Of a stretch of DNA of 64,000 nucleotides, positions 1 to 11,302 are shown in pieces. The notes beneath the pieces are model-generated. The model was not told where the DNA came from. It made no database searches and saw only the letters and a list, made by a program, of their open reading frames with translations. This DNA comes from Hemiscyllium ocellatum (taxonomy: Eukaryota), in the NCBI RefSeq assembly GCF_020745735.1, contig NC_083432.1, forward strand, positions 16,640,533 to 16,704,532. The letters are read 5' to 3'. The position numbers were made by a program, and so were the translations under genes. The stretch's first letter is position 1, and every line of letters starts with the position of its first letter.

Positions 1-114
1 TAATGTTTTGGAACTTGCCTACAGCTACTGAATCATATTGAAGTAGCTCAGCACCATCTGATTGGAGATGGGTACTATTTCTTGGTCTTCTCAATAATAT
101 TAACATCCTAATTA

Positions 115-430
115 GAGCAGCAGGGCAGCTCAGCTGTTAGCACTGCTACCTCAGTACCAGGAACCCAAGTTTGATTCCACCCTCAGGGCACTGTGTGTGG
201 AGTTTGCACATTCTGCCTCTCCACCCTCCAGGTGCTTTGGTTTCATCCCACAGCCCAAAGTGCAGGTTGGGTGGACTGGCCATGCTAAATTGCCCATAGT
301 GTCCAGGGATGTGCAAGTGAGGCAGATTAGCCATGGGAAATACAGGGCTGCAGGAATGGAGTAGGATGCTCTTCCGAGGGCTCATGTCGACTTGACAGGC
401 CGAATAGCTTACTTCCACATTGTACGAATT
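115..430 (+). mobile_element. HE1/V-SINE-like shark SINE, diverged
   Basis: tRNA-like head (gttagcactgctacctca...gtttgattcc) and V-domain-like core (tgtgtggagtttgcacattct, ggccatgctaaattgccc). Confidence 0.75.
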
Positions 431-1261
431 CAAATAAAAAGATTCATTGATGTAACATATCCTTTAAATCAACAGTGTTACACATTTACCCTGGCTAACG
501 ACGTGCTCTTCAAACGTAAAGAAACAAAAAGTGACGGACATGATTTTTTGCCCTTGGCAATCAATATCACATATTATTGGCTAACTAACTGCTGGTCCGT
601 AAATGTAGGAAAGTTCAACTCCTTTGGCATGCTTTGGGAATCGTTTAGATCACAGCTAATACTTAACCCCATCTCTCTGCCTTGGTTTCACAACACTTTG
701 TATTCTCACCCAATGAAACTCAGTTTCAGTTTGACCAAGACTCCAAACCCCTCTGAGGTTGAGAACCTAGAGTGCCATTATTCTTTATGTGAGGCTATGC
801 TTTCTGCTGTCACAATGGACAGCATGGCTTTCACGTTAAGATTACGCCTTATTGTTTTGAACTCTCTTCACCAGGAAATAATTTCTATGACTGTATTAAT
901 CCTTCCATTATCTTAAGCACCTCAATTAGATTGCCCTTTAATCTGCTCATATTGAGATGAGGGAACAATGAAAATAGTGAAACCAGCTCAGGAAGCAGTA
1001 AACTGCGTATGCTGTTTAATGGTAAATTTACTTGGTTATCAGAAGTGACTAATAAAAATGAAACTAATCATAATAACATTCAATTACCAGGTGAGGGAAA
1101 CCATTGGGAAAATGCTTCAACAAGTCAGGAGGGTGACCACATTACTGCACAATGGGCATTATTGACTCAACAATTCTGTATGAAAAATACACCACAGTCA
1201 CGTTCTGGATCAAAAGTTGGGAATGGGAATCACTGCAGCAAGTGTGGGAGGAAAGTAGACT

Positions 1262-1700
1262 AACCACATTCTGCACAAAACACTACATAGGACAAACAGG
1301 AAGACAGCTAATGATCTGCATCCATGAACACCAACTAGCCACGAAACGACACAACCAGCTATCCTTAGTAGCCACACACGCGGATGACAAGCAACATGAA
1401 TTCGACTGGGACAACACTACTATTATAGGACAAGCCAAACAGAGAACAGCCAGGGAATTCCTAGAGGCATGGCACTCATCCACAGATTCAATCAATAAGC
1501 ACATCGACTTGGGCCCAATATACCAACCACTGCAACAGACAGCTGGAACTGACAACCGGAAGCGGCAGATTCAAACCACTACAAATGGCGGAGGAAAGAT
1601 CACAGAAGCGCTTCACAGGAGGCTCCCAAGCACTGAGGATGTCACCTAGACAGGGGACGAAACAGAAATTCCCAACTCGGCAAACAGAACCACAGCCACG
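1262..1700 (+). mobile_element. Penelope-like element 3' fragment (GIY-YIG endonuclease plus pLTR with degenerate HHR), family C
   Basis: HYIGQTGRQL..IHEH..ATKRH..LSLVATHADDKQHEFDWDNTTII..AKQRTAREFLEAWHS..SINKHIDL; CTGAGGA-T-GTCACCT-AGAC-AGGGGAC-GAAAC at 1633-1663. Confidence 0.85.
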
Positions 1701-2123
1701 TTCTATAGAATATGGCATGGATTGGTGGGAATTAACTGAAACAAATACCTCATACCCTCTAGCAGTGAGAAAACATGAGGTAGTTAACCACAGAAATGAC
1801 AAAGACCATGTGTTTCCAAGGCCATGACCATGTGTATGGGTATCCCTAGACCATCGAAAAGGCAGTTTACCTCGATGCACCAGTTTCTCCAGGGCAATTA
1901 GGAATGGCTAATACATGACTAATAATGGCTTAGCCAATAATCACCCATATTCTAAAAATGAACACAAAAAAAAACTTATTCCTTATTAGACTTCTATCTC
2001 AGCAAACCATGTGAAGCTTAGTTCGTGCTACTCAGGTAAATATCGGTGGGATATGGATATTATACAATGAAGCAAACAGAAAGAGGCAGACAACACCTGG
2101 ACGATAAACAAACCTTAAATAAT

Positions 2124-2434
2124 GTTAAAAATCACAACACCAGGTGTAGTCCAACAGGTTTAATTGGAAGCACACTAGCTTTGTGCTTCCAATTAAACCT
2201 GTTGGACTATAACCTGGTGTGTGATTTTTAACTTTTTTTTAAAAACGTTGCATTCTCAGGTTAGCTGTTAACAGTGATGATAGCTAGACAATGTTGATGG
2301 TGTTAGCCCCCTGTGTTCTCTGTCTATGACCTGATGTTTAGATTGATTCTAATCTTAAAAAAGTGAGATAACAGAGTTTTACATAAATTCATGCAGTTTG
2401 AGCTCAGAGTTCTACATGAATGGCACCAGTGCAC

Positions 2435-2465
<31 letters not shown>

Positions 2466-3150
2466 GCACACCCTTATAGACACACATTCCCACACGCACC
2501 CCCTCACAGACTTAAGACACTCTGCACTCACTACACACACACACCCCAGACAGACAGACACACACACACACCCCCCACCCCAGACAGACACACACACACA
2601 CACACAGACAAAGACCCACATGCACACATTTTGTGGGGTGAATTTGTTCTTGCAGAGTTATAGTGCACTTTGCTCAAAAACTGCATACATCCACGTAGAA
2701 CTCTGAGCTCAAAAACTGCATGAATTTATGTAAAACTCTTATCTCACTTTTTAGATTAGAATCAATCTAAACATCAGGTCATAGAGAACACAGGGGGCTA
2801 ACACCTTCAACATATTGTCTAGCTATCACCATTGTTAACAGCTAACCCGAGAATGCAACATTAAAAAAAGGTTTTGTGATTTACACATGAAAGAATTGAA
2901 TCTATCACTGTATTCTAACAGATAAAACGCTTAACAGACAATCGATTTTTCAATGTATAATTTCAGTTACATCACACTGCAAATTTTTGCTATAAATTCT
3001 GTGTTAGGATTGAGCCCTCCACTACCACCTGAGGAATGAGCATCACTCCGAAAGCTAGTGCGCTTCCAATTAAACCTGTTGGACTATAACCTGGTGTTGT
3101 GAGATTTTTAAACTTTGTACACCCCAGTCCAACACCGGCATCTCCAAATC
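2124..3150. mobile_element. Compound fold-back Penelope-like pLTR element (family B) with internal (CA)n tract
   Basis: Hairpin 2124-2233; second inverted pair ~2240-2422 vs ~2684-2866; HHR-like motif at 3026-3060; tail ending ...ggcatctccaaatc. Confidence 0.75.
2434..2625. repeat. Degenerate (CA)n/(CAGA)n microsatellite
   Basis: Directly visible. Confidence 0.9.
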
Positions 3151-3764
3151 TGAAAAAACAATAGTAACAATGCAACTCAATTTTAATTTCCATTGCAGTT
3201 AAGAGATCAGCCTCCAATCTAATCATATTTCAACATTGCAAAGAGAGTTTTGAAAATTCTTTTCCTGTCATCATGCATGCTTTATCCATAGAAAATTACA
3301 GAAATGAGAAGTTACCTTTCCTTTAATTAACTTTTTGTCATATTTTAATTATTAAATGACGTTTATAAAGTATGGATGCAAATCTCCTTCAATAAATCAG
3401 CACATTTTCTTTGCTTTACAAAGTCCAAAACATAAAAGGATATCCTGTTGCTCTCAAGGGATCCAGACATTAAACAGAAAAAGGAAGCATCCCAGTAAAG
3501 CTGCTTCCGGAGCACTTTCCATTGAGTTACTGACAGAAGCATTGGTTGTGACAAAACGTTCATTTTCTCTTTTTACTCATCTGTAATTATCTCTGACTCA
3601 CACAAGCGGTCATTGTCCAACAGGGCAGCAGAAAATAAAATATACAGAAGACAGACTAAGGCCGAGATTTTGTTAGACTGATGGAGGGTCTTTTGCATCA
3701 GTTGGAGAACCAACAGAGTCTCCATCGCACTATTCTGTTTGGGGAGCCTAACAGAATCAACTGT

Positions 3765-3892
3765 TCTCCAGACACCCAGCGTGGTCTCCAGACACCCAGC
3801 GTGGTCTCCAGACACCCAGCGTGGTCTCCAGACACCCAGCGTGGTCTCCAGACACCCAGCGTGGTCTCCAGACACCCAGCGTGGTCTCCAGA
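3765..3892. repeat. Perfect 20-bp minisatellite, 6.4 copies of TCTCCAGACACCCAGCGTGG
   Basis: Six identical units plus TCTCCAGA. Confidence 0.97.
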
Positions 3893-4285
3893 GTTGAGGT
3901 CCACATTAGCGAAAGGTTCATCCACTTCTGACTAAATCAGAAAATACATGCTCTTCACCAATGCACATTTTCAGGTACCCTCTTTATCACTCCAATTCCA
4001 TCACAGGAACAGACAACCTGGCAATCAGTTTCAGACAGCTAATAAGCAGAACAATCAAACCATAATCTTTTTATCTCTTCTGCATTCAAAAGGCCAGGAA
4101 GAGAGAGGAATTCATTTTGCATTGATTGTAAAATTAATATTTTTGCCAGAGAATTGCAATATCAAATAGTCCTCCACTAACACGGGAAATTAAGGTCATC
4201 CGGTTGGGAATAATCCAGTTACAGGATAAATGGATACTATTCAGTCTGTCCATCGAGGAGCAGTTTTTGGCAATATTAATTTACT

Positions 4286-4498
4286 GTTAGAAATCACACA
4301 CCAGGTTATAGTCCAACATGTTTAATTGGAAGCACACTAACTTTCGGAGCGATGCTCCTTCATCAGGTCACAATCACCTGATGAAGGAGCGTCGCTCCGA
4401 AAGCTAGTGTGCTTCCAATTAAACCTGTTGGACTATAACCTGGTGTCGTGTGATTTTTAACTTTGTACACTACAGTCCAACATCAGCATCTCCAAATC
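4286..4498. mobile_element. Minimal fold-back Penelope-derived element (family B) with back-to-back HHR motifs
   Basis: Arms ~4286-4368 and ~4376-4461 are near-perfect inverted repeats; ~37-nt tail on the right arm only; ATTAATTT on both flanks. Confidence 0.85.
4375..4409 (+). ncRNA. Minimal type I hammerhead ribozyme motif (intact core)
   Basis: Helix I CAC/GTG; CTGATGA 4378-4384; extra A; stem II GGAGC-GTC-GCTCC; GAA; palindromic helix III AGCT; predicted cleavage 3' of A4406. Confidence 0.8.
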
Positions 4499-4790
4499 AT
4501 TAATTTTGTTGGACTCGCTTCTCTGCCCCTGTCTCTTAAGCTTGCAATTGTTTTCTCTTCTGGTGTTTTTTGAAAATCAGGACTGCCTTTGACGCAATCT
4601 CTTCCAGACCCTAATCACTTGCTATGTTAAAAACTTTATTCCTCTTAGTTGCTTTGGTTATCTTGCTAACCTCCTCAAATCAAAGGCTTATGGTGAACAA
4701 GCCCTCTTCCAAATGAAACCATCCGCTCTATTCACTCTCTTATCAAGATGAGCACATTATCAAATCTTGTCTCAACTTTCTCTTACGAGA

Positions 4791-5428
4791 TACTATGGCT
4801 GCAAGAGGTGTATTTGGTCCTAATTTTTAAAAAAATCAAGAGAGGTGGAGAGGTGGAGACCGAAGGTCCGAGCGGTCAGTTCCAAGCCAAGAAAGGAAAC
4901 AGCTTGTGGGGACTTGGGCACTTTTTACCAAGTTGGAACAATAGAAGCAGCATGAAGAGGAGTCAAGCTCCCAGAAAAAACAGGATTTTAGTTCAATTTT
5001 CAGTAGCAATTGGGGTTTCAAAGCTGCTATACATCACTCCTTGCTGCAGCAAATGCTCAAGTTCTCTCTCTGCCTCACATGCAGAGATTTTTCTTGATGT
5101 TCTTTCTTTCTGGATTGGAAAATTGCAGGTGAGAATCTATTTTACTGAATTTGCTTTCACGGGATATCGCTATATCGGAACATTTGTTGTTTAATAGGTA
5201 AATCATTCTGTTAAGTCTTTCAATAAAATCAAGTTATTCCAATTCTTCTTTTCTTTTGTTTGTGTTTTAACTATAGTGAAAGAATAAAGTGTGTTTTGCT
5301 TCAAGCCTGGTAGTTGGACCGATTGAACTGCATTCAGAACAAAGCCTTACAATTGCCTTTAAAAAGAAGAAAAAGTTGTGGTGTACGTGATCTTGATATA
5401 CTGAGGGGCTTTAGTCTGGCCCATAACA
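4791..5428 (+). mobile_element. Probable solo LTR inserted in an old LINE 3' fragment
   Basis: Ends tactatgg...ccataaca (degenerate TGTTATGG/CCATAACA inverted termini); AATAAA followed by a GT-rich tract near 5283; no clear TSD. Confidence 0.45.
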
Positions 5429-5785
5429 CACTGCATGAAGAAGAACAGCTTCAGTTTCTCTAATCTATCCACATAACTGAAGTCGGTAATGCCTATTTTG
5501 TGACCCTTCTCTAATTCTTCACTAAAGCCTTCACTAAGCTATAATGCTCAGAATTGGAAACAATGCTCACTTGAATATCTTACAAAGATTCACCAGTAAT
5601 TCCAGGCTTTTATACCCTACACTTTGATTCATAAAGCCCAGAATACTTTAAAATCAAACCACAATCTCAGCTTAAAATAGTGAGGGTTAAACATGGACTG
5701 AGATGACAGTCATCCAATGGGATACAACTGTCCTCTGGGATTGAGGAACCTCAGATTGTTCTCTATTGAGACTAGCGGATGATAA

Positions 5786-5911
5786 GGAGTGTGAGGACTG
5801 CAGATGCTGGAGATCAGAGCTGAAAATGTGTTGCTGGAAAAGCGCAGCAGGTCAGGCAGCATCCAAGGAACAGGAGATTCGACGTTTCGGGCATAAGCCC
5901 TTCTTCAGGAA
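5786..5911 (-). mobile_element. Short Penelope pLTR copy (family A) starting at an intact HHR
   Basis: Minus strand TTC-CTGAAGA-A-GGGC-TTAT-GCCC-GAAACGTC-GAA followed by pLTR and tail. Confidence 0.85.
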
Positions 5912-6177
5912 ATCAAGGAGGATAAAGATTGAAGATCAAGTTTAGATACCGGGAAGCAAGCAAAACTTAAGTGAGTAGAGAGCTTGGATGGAAATAGTGA
6001 TGGATGATTGAATACCCATAATGGAGGGGGTAAATTTTGATACTGTTTTGTCATTTCACATTCTGTGACGCTTACATTCCTTAAATGTATGATCTGCAGC
6101 CTGTCCATCTGGTCAGAGTCCCAATTAAACATTTGAACACTATTCCCTCCTCCTGGTTAAATATGCTCCTATCCTCC

Positions 6178-6340
6178 AGTGCAGCGCTGGAAAAGCACAA
6201 CCAGTCAGGCAGCATCTGAGGATCAGGACAGTTGACAGTTCGAGCATTATCTCTTCATCAGGAAAGGGGGTTTGGCCCAAGGGCGCTGAGAAATAAATGG
6301 AAGGGGGGCACGGGGAGGGAAGTTAGCTGTGAAAGTGCAG
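6178..6340 (-). mobile_element. Degenerate family A Penelope pLTR fragment
   Basis: gctggaaaagcaca..caggcagcatctgagg...tcttcatcagga. Confidence 0.6.
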
Positions 6341-7345
6341 GACTTTGTGTCTGAACATCTCCTCATAGATATTTCAGTCCAATGAGAAAGTTTTAATGTC
6401 TCTGTCCTTGCCAACAAATAAATTTTCTTAAACAGCCCTCCTGAATCCACCGAGAACACCTCTCCTGCTCCACTTTGTGGACTGCCAGCCCCATTGGTGT
6501 TGCAACTTGCCCACTTTATATATATTAAGCCTAACATTCAGGAAGACCCAGACCAACATCGTTAGGCACATGCTCCCATTGTGACAGTTTCCCACTCTAC
6601 TTGGTTCATCAACACAATCCAATTTATTTCCTGGACCCCATATCTTATTGATATAAAACATTATTAAATTAGACTTTTGAGTGATTGCTAGCTTTCAAAG
6701 GCTTAATACTTCAATGTAAAAGGCACCTATTTGTTAATGTCAGTGTTAACCTAATCAGAAATGGAGGCTTGATAGGAAAGTGCTAACCATTCATACTAAT
6801 ATTTAATTCTTAAATGTTTAAGGATACTAATTTTGAGGCAAAAACATGTTATTTAAACTGAAAATTAGACATGGAATGCCACACTATCGTACCACTTTCC
6901 CAGTGCATCTTGTGGTTGGCCCACTAATGACTCAAAATATTGACAAAGTACTGTGGCAGATCGGAGACTTTGATATTGCCTGTGACCTCCAGCAGCTGTG
7001 ATAGACTATGCGGGTGTAGCTTTGCAGGATACTGAACTCTGGGTGTGGCACTACACTCAATGAACTGACAACTGTAACAACTGGGCATTTCCAAACTTCT
7101 TCATTACCATAAGCAGCTCAGGAATGCAGCATTAATGTAGTGTGGATGCACTACCAAGCACCACCCAAAACTGTTTCACTTGAGGGCATTCACTAGCCTG
7201 AGAATTATTTTTCCATTCCCCTACTTCCTAGGTCTCTCAGTCCTAAGTGAAGTATGTGTCATTGGTTGCCATTGAAACTAGCACAAACAATTTTGTTACC
7301 TGGTATCTTTAAACCCTTTATTACCATTCCACATTACCTAATTTT

Positions 7346-9895
7346 TTAAAAAAAATATATTCTTAAGAACAAATAGATTTATTATAAATACAAAACAATG
7401 CAATTCAAAACAGTACAAAATAGAACAAAACTAAACCCAATTAAAAAATCCCCAACCCACCCTCCTATACGAATGTATATAAACATATAGAGAAGTATAA
7501 AATTAAAAAACAAACCTAAACTAGCTAACTAACTAAATACCTAACAACAAACAAATAAATAGTAATAACTCAGCCCAGCCAAACAAAACACTCATACATC
7601 CACAGCTCCTCCTCCCAGGACATTGGACTCATGAAACACAATCGTTACGGCGATATAAAAGCCCTTGTTAGTGTGGCAGATAAATCTGTGTCCAGGTATT
7701 TCAAAAAGGGTTGCCATATCTTGTAAAAATTCTCAGTTTTGTGGTGTACCATATTTGAGAGAAAATCCAGGGGAATATGCTCCATAACAATCTTCCGCAA
7801 ATCCGACAGGGGGGGGGGGGGTTCTGATATCCAACCTAGCAAGATATTCTTCCTTGCACAGAATGTAAGAATATTGGAAAGTTTTGCCTTATACAATGGG
7901 TAGGCCCAAAAGGAGCAAAATAGGATCCTTCTCCAGCCCTACATCTAAAATCCTCTCCATTGCCTCCACTACAGCGCTCCAATATGTTTGAAGCCTGTCA
8001 CAAGACCAAAGACAATGGGTAACAGTACCCGTACAGACCTTGCACTTGGGACATGCTGAAGATACCCCTAGTTTAAATTTTGACAAACGGTCTGGGGCTA
8101 AGTGGACCCTGTGGAGAATCTTCAACTGTAAAGCATGGGTCCAATTGCAAATTGGTATCTTCCTTGCATTCTCCCAAATATCCTCCCCTGCCTGTGAAGA
8201 AACTTCAACACCCAGCTCTCTTTCCCACATCTTGCAGAGTCGATCAGACTCATGAGGTGGCACCCCCCCAATTGGTGATATAGAGTACTGAGAGTGTACT
8301 GAGCCCTTAGTACCCCTCTTTCTATGTCAGATTTGTAGGGATCTGTCAAAAGTGTGGTCCTTTTTTGAATAAAATCCCTAACTTGAAAAAAAAGGTCTCT
8401 ATAAGGTAACTCGTACTTCCGTACTAACTGATCGAAGGACATCATTACATCTCCCTCAAATAAATCACCCATGCAAGATATACCCCTAGCTGCCCAACAT
8501 TTAAATCCTGAATCTATCATACCTGGTTGAAAACTCGGCATACCCACTAAAGGTGTAAACAAAGATGTTTTGCCAATATTACCTTCCCTCTGCCGAATTG
8601 CTCTCCGTGCTTTAACGGTATTGATGACTATTGGGTTATGACAATATTCCCTAATTGTCCTCACCTTGTCCAAAAATAGCAAACTGGTAAGGGGGCACCT
8701 TGCCTGGGAGACTTCAATATCTAGCCATATTGAAAGAGGGTCCCCACAAACCCAATCACTTACGTAGGTCAAAAGTGAGCTTAATTGGTAATTTTTAATG
8801 TCCGGAAGGTCTACTTCCCCCAATCTGTGAGGCAACTGCAGTTTAGCTAATTTAATGAGGGGCTGTTTATGGTGCCAGATAAAGGAGCTAAACCAACTGT
8901 TCAGTTTCCCGAGTGTTTATTTATTGAAAACCAGGGAGAGCATCCGTATAGGGTATAGCAAACGAGGGAGAATATTCATCTTAATAAGCGCTATCCGACC
9001 CAACCACGAGACTGGAAATGCCTCCCATCTTTGGAGATCTTGTTTAATTTTTTCAAATAATTGAATAAAATTGACTTTGAACAGCCAATCCAGAACTGGA
9101 GTAATGAATATGCCCAAATACACAAAAACCCCCCTGTGACCACCTAAATGAGAATCTATAGTCACTCTCAAGAGCCAACTCGTTCGTCAGACCACCCATT
9201 GGCATAGCCTCTGATTCAGCAAAATTAATCTTATACCCTGAAAAAGCGCCAAACTTGTGAATGCATTGTGTCATGCAAGGCACTGAAACTGCTGGATTTG
9301 TCAAGAAAATTAGATCATCTGCATACAACAAGAACTTATGTAATTTTGACCCCACTTCTGGAGCTGATATATTGAGATCCCCACGAATGGCCTCTGCCAA
9401 CAGTTCAATCACCAATGTAAAAAGTAATGGTGAAAGGGCACAGCCCTGCTGGCTGCCCCTAGAAGTATTAAAATTGCTTGATGACCGCAGCGAGGGGTAC
9501 ATTATAGAGAACCCTTACCCATCTTATGAAAACTTCACCTACACCAAACCGGTCTAGAGTAGAGAAAAGGTACGGCTGCTCAACTCGGTCAAATGCCTTC
9601 TCTGCATTTAAAGAAATCACCAATCCCTGTATTGACTGCTGTCAGCATGCTCTGAGGCTGCTGCAGGCTGAGCTGCAGGCCTGGCCTCAGAGGCTCCTCC
9701 TTCCTTTTTAGGCATTTGTGTACAGCTGAAAATACAGGTGTCAATTTTTAAATATTTCTTGGGGCTCCACAAGCTTTCCAACACCCCAAGAAATCCTGAC
9801 GACCTGGGTTGAGTGGGTTAAAGGACCGTCCTGCTCCTGCTGCGATGTGAAGCTCTGCAGTGTGATCTTCTCAGATCACTGTCATCTTAGATCCC
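7346..9895 (-). mobile_element. Internally deleted L1-clade LINE (5'UTR plus ORF1 start joined to RT and 3' end) with 17-bp TSD
   Basis: RT motifs SRGSQQGCALSPLLFTL, LLYADD, FGAFSGYKIN, GRIALIKMNILPRLLY and C-terminal CPKC..HCLWSC; TSD CCACATTACCTAATTTT at 7329-7345 and 9896-9912; many frameshifts. Confidence 0.85.
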
Positions 9896-10139
9896 CCACA
9901 TTACCTAATTTTAAACAGACTTGGGTTGAATGTCATTAAAAAACATTAATGCCTCCCCATGAAAAGTTTGTAAAGGTACTGGTGAATGAGACAATAATCC
10001 AGAACACCAGTCACCCCCCCCAGGCTTGGTCTCTGATCCATGTACAGTAAATACACCTCAGTCATGTCAGTATCAGTAGATGGCATCAAGGACATCTTGG
10101 CTTCAGTAGATGAAGACCAAAGAGTGTTAACACTGCTCA

Positions 10140-10575
10140 TCAGGGGAGGGGAAAGACCTAGTGATATTATGACTAGACTATTAACCTAGAGAACAAAAAC
10201 CAGAGGTTCTGGAAAAGCTCAGCAGATCTGATAACTCTGATTTCTCTTCTCAGATGCTAACATTCCAGGTCCAGTGATCCTTCCTCAGAACACATTAATC
10301 CAGAGACCCAAATAATGTTTTGGGGACATGGATTCAAATCCCATTGCGGCAGAATTTGAATGGAATAAAAACCTGAATTCAGAGCTTAATGATGACCATG
10401 AAACCATTATCAAGAAAAATACCTATTTGGCTCACTAATATCATTTAAGATGCAAAGCAGCCATCCTTTCCTGGTCTGGCCTACACGCGACTCCAGATCT
10501 CCAGCAATGTGGTTGATTCCTAAATGGGAGCGGGCAAGCCAGTGGTACTGATATTCTGAGAATGAATAATTAAAG
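10140..10575 (+). mobile_element. Old tRNA-headed SINE interrupted by a small Penelope-derived piece (~10190-10291)
   Basis: Box-B-like ggattcaaatccc; body cctggtctggcctacacgcgactccaga shared with other copies in the window; the insert ends in a degenerate minus-strand CTGAGGA HHR. Confidence 0.55.
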
Positions 10576-10613
10576 TAAGGAAACAGAACGGTGATGACTC
10601 TTGTGGTCAAACC

Positions 10614-11302
10614 GGAGGAGAAAGTGAAGTCTGCAGATGCTGGAGATAGAGCTGAAAATGTCTTGCTGGAAAAGCGCAGCAGGTCTGGCAGCATCCAAGG
10701 AACAGGAAATTCGACGTTTCGGGCATAAGCCCTTCATCAGGAATGAGGCAAGTGCGTCCAGCAGGCTAAGATAAAAGGTAGGGAGAAGGGACGTGAGGGA
10801 GGGGTGATGGAGATGTGATAGGTGGAAGGAGGTCAAGGTGAGGGTGATAGGCCGGAGTGGGTCAGGGGCAGAGAGGTCAGGAAGATTGCAGGTTAGGAAG
10901 GTGGTGCTGAGTTCAAGGGATTCGACTGAGACAAGGTGGGGGGAGGGGAAAGGAAATGAGGAAACAAGGGATGAACTCAGATTTCTCCAGTTTCCTCATT
11001 TCCCCTCCCCCCACCCTGTCTCAGTCAAATCCCTCGAACTCAGCACCACCTTCCTAACCTGCAATCTTCTTCCTGGACCTCTCCGCCCCTGACCCACTCC
11101 GGCCTATCACCCTCACCTTGACCTCCTTCCACCTATCACATCTCCATCGCCCCTCCCTCAAGTCCCTCCTCCCTACCTTTTATCTTAGCCTGCAGGACAC
11201 ACGTTCCTCATTCCTGATGAAGGGCTTATGCCCAAAACGTCAAATTTCCTGTTCCTTGGATGCTGCCTGACCTGCTGCGCTTTTCCAGCAACACATTTTC
11301 AG
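10614..11302. mobile_element. Fold-back Penelope element (family A), ~320-bp arms, 14-bp TSD
   Basis: Arms ~10650-10965 / ~10985-11302; TSD CTTGTGGTCAAACC at 10600-10613 and 11303-11316; tail only on the left. Confidence 0.9.
10709..10744 (-). ncRNA. Minimal hammerhead ribozyme motif (intact)
   Basis: ATTC-CTGATGA-A-GGGC-TTAT-GCCC-GAA-ACGT-C^GAAT; helix I ATTC/GAAT. Confidence 0.8.

Noticed and set aside
392-916. 174-aa ORF
   Set aside because: Starts at TTG inside a SINE tail and has no recognisable domain or splice structure.
2391-2706. His/Thr-rich and Cys/Val-rich ORFs
   Set aside because: Translations of the (CA)n microsatellite.
3765-3892. CRISPR-like array or coding repeat (ORFs 3573-3935)
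   Set aside because: Contiguous identical units with no spacers, a eukaryotic context, and a 20-bp unit that shifts frame; the ORFs are by-products of a stop-free repeat.
4286-4498. DNA-transposon MITE or microRNA precursor
   Set aside because: Asymmetric tail, variable long TSDs across copies and HHR motifs point to a Penelope origin.
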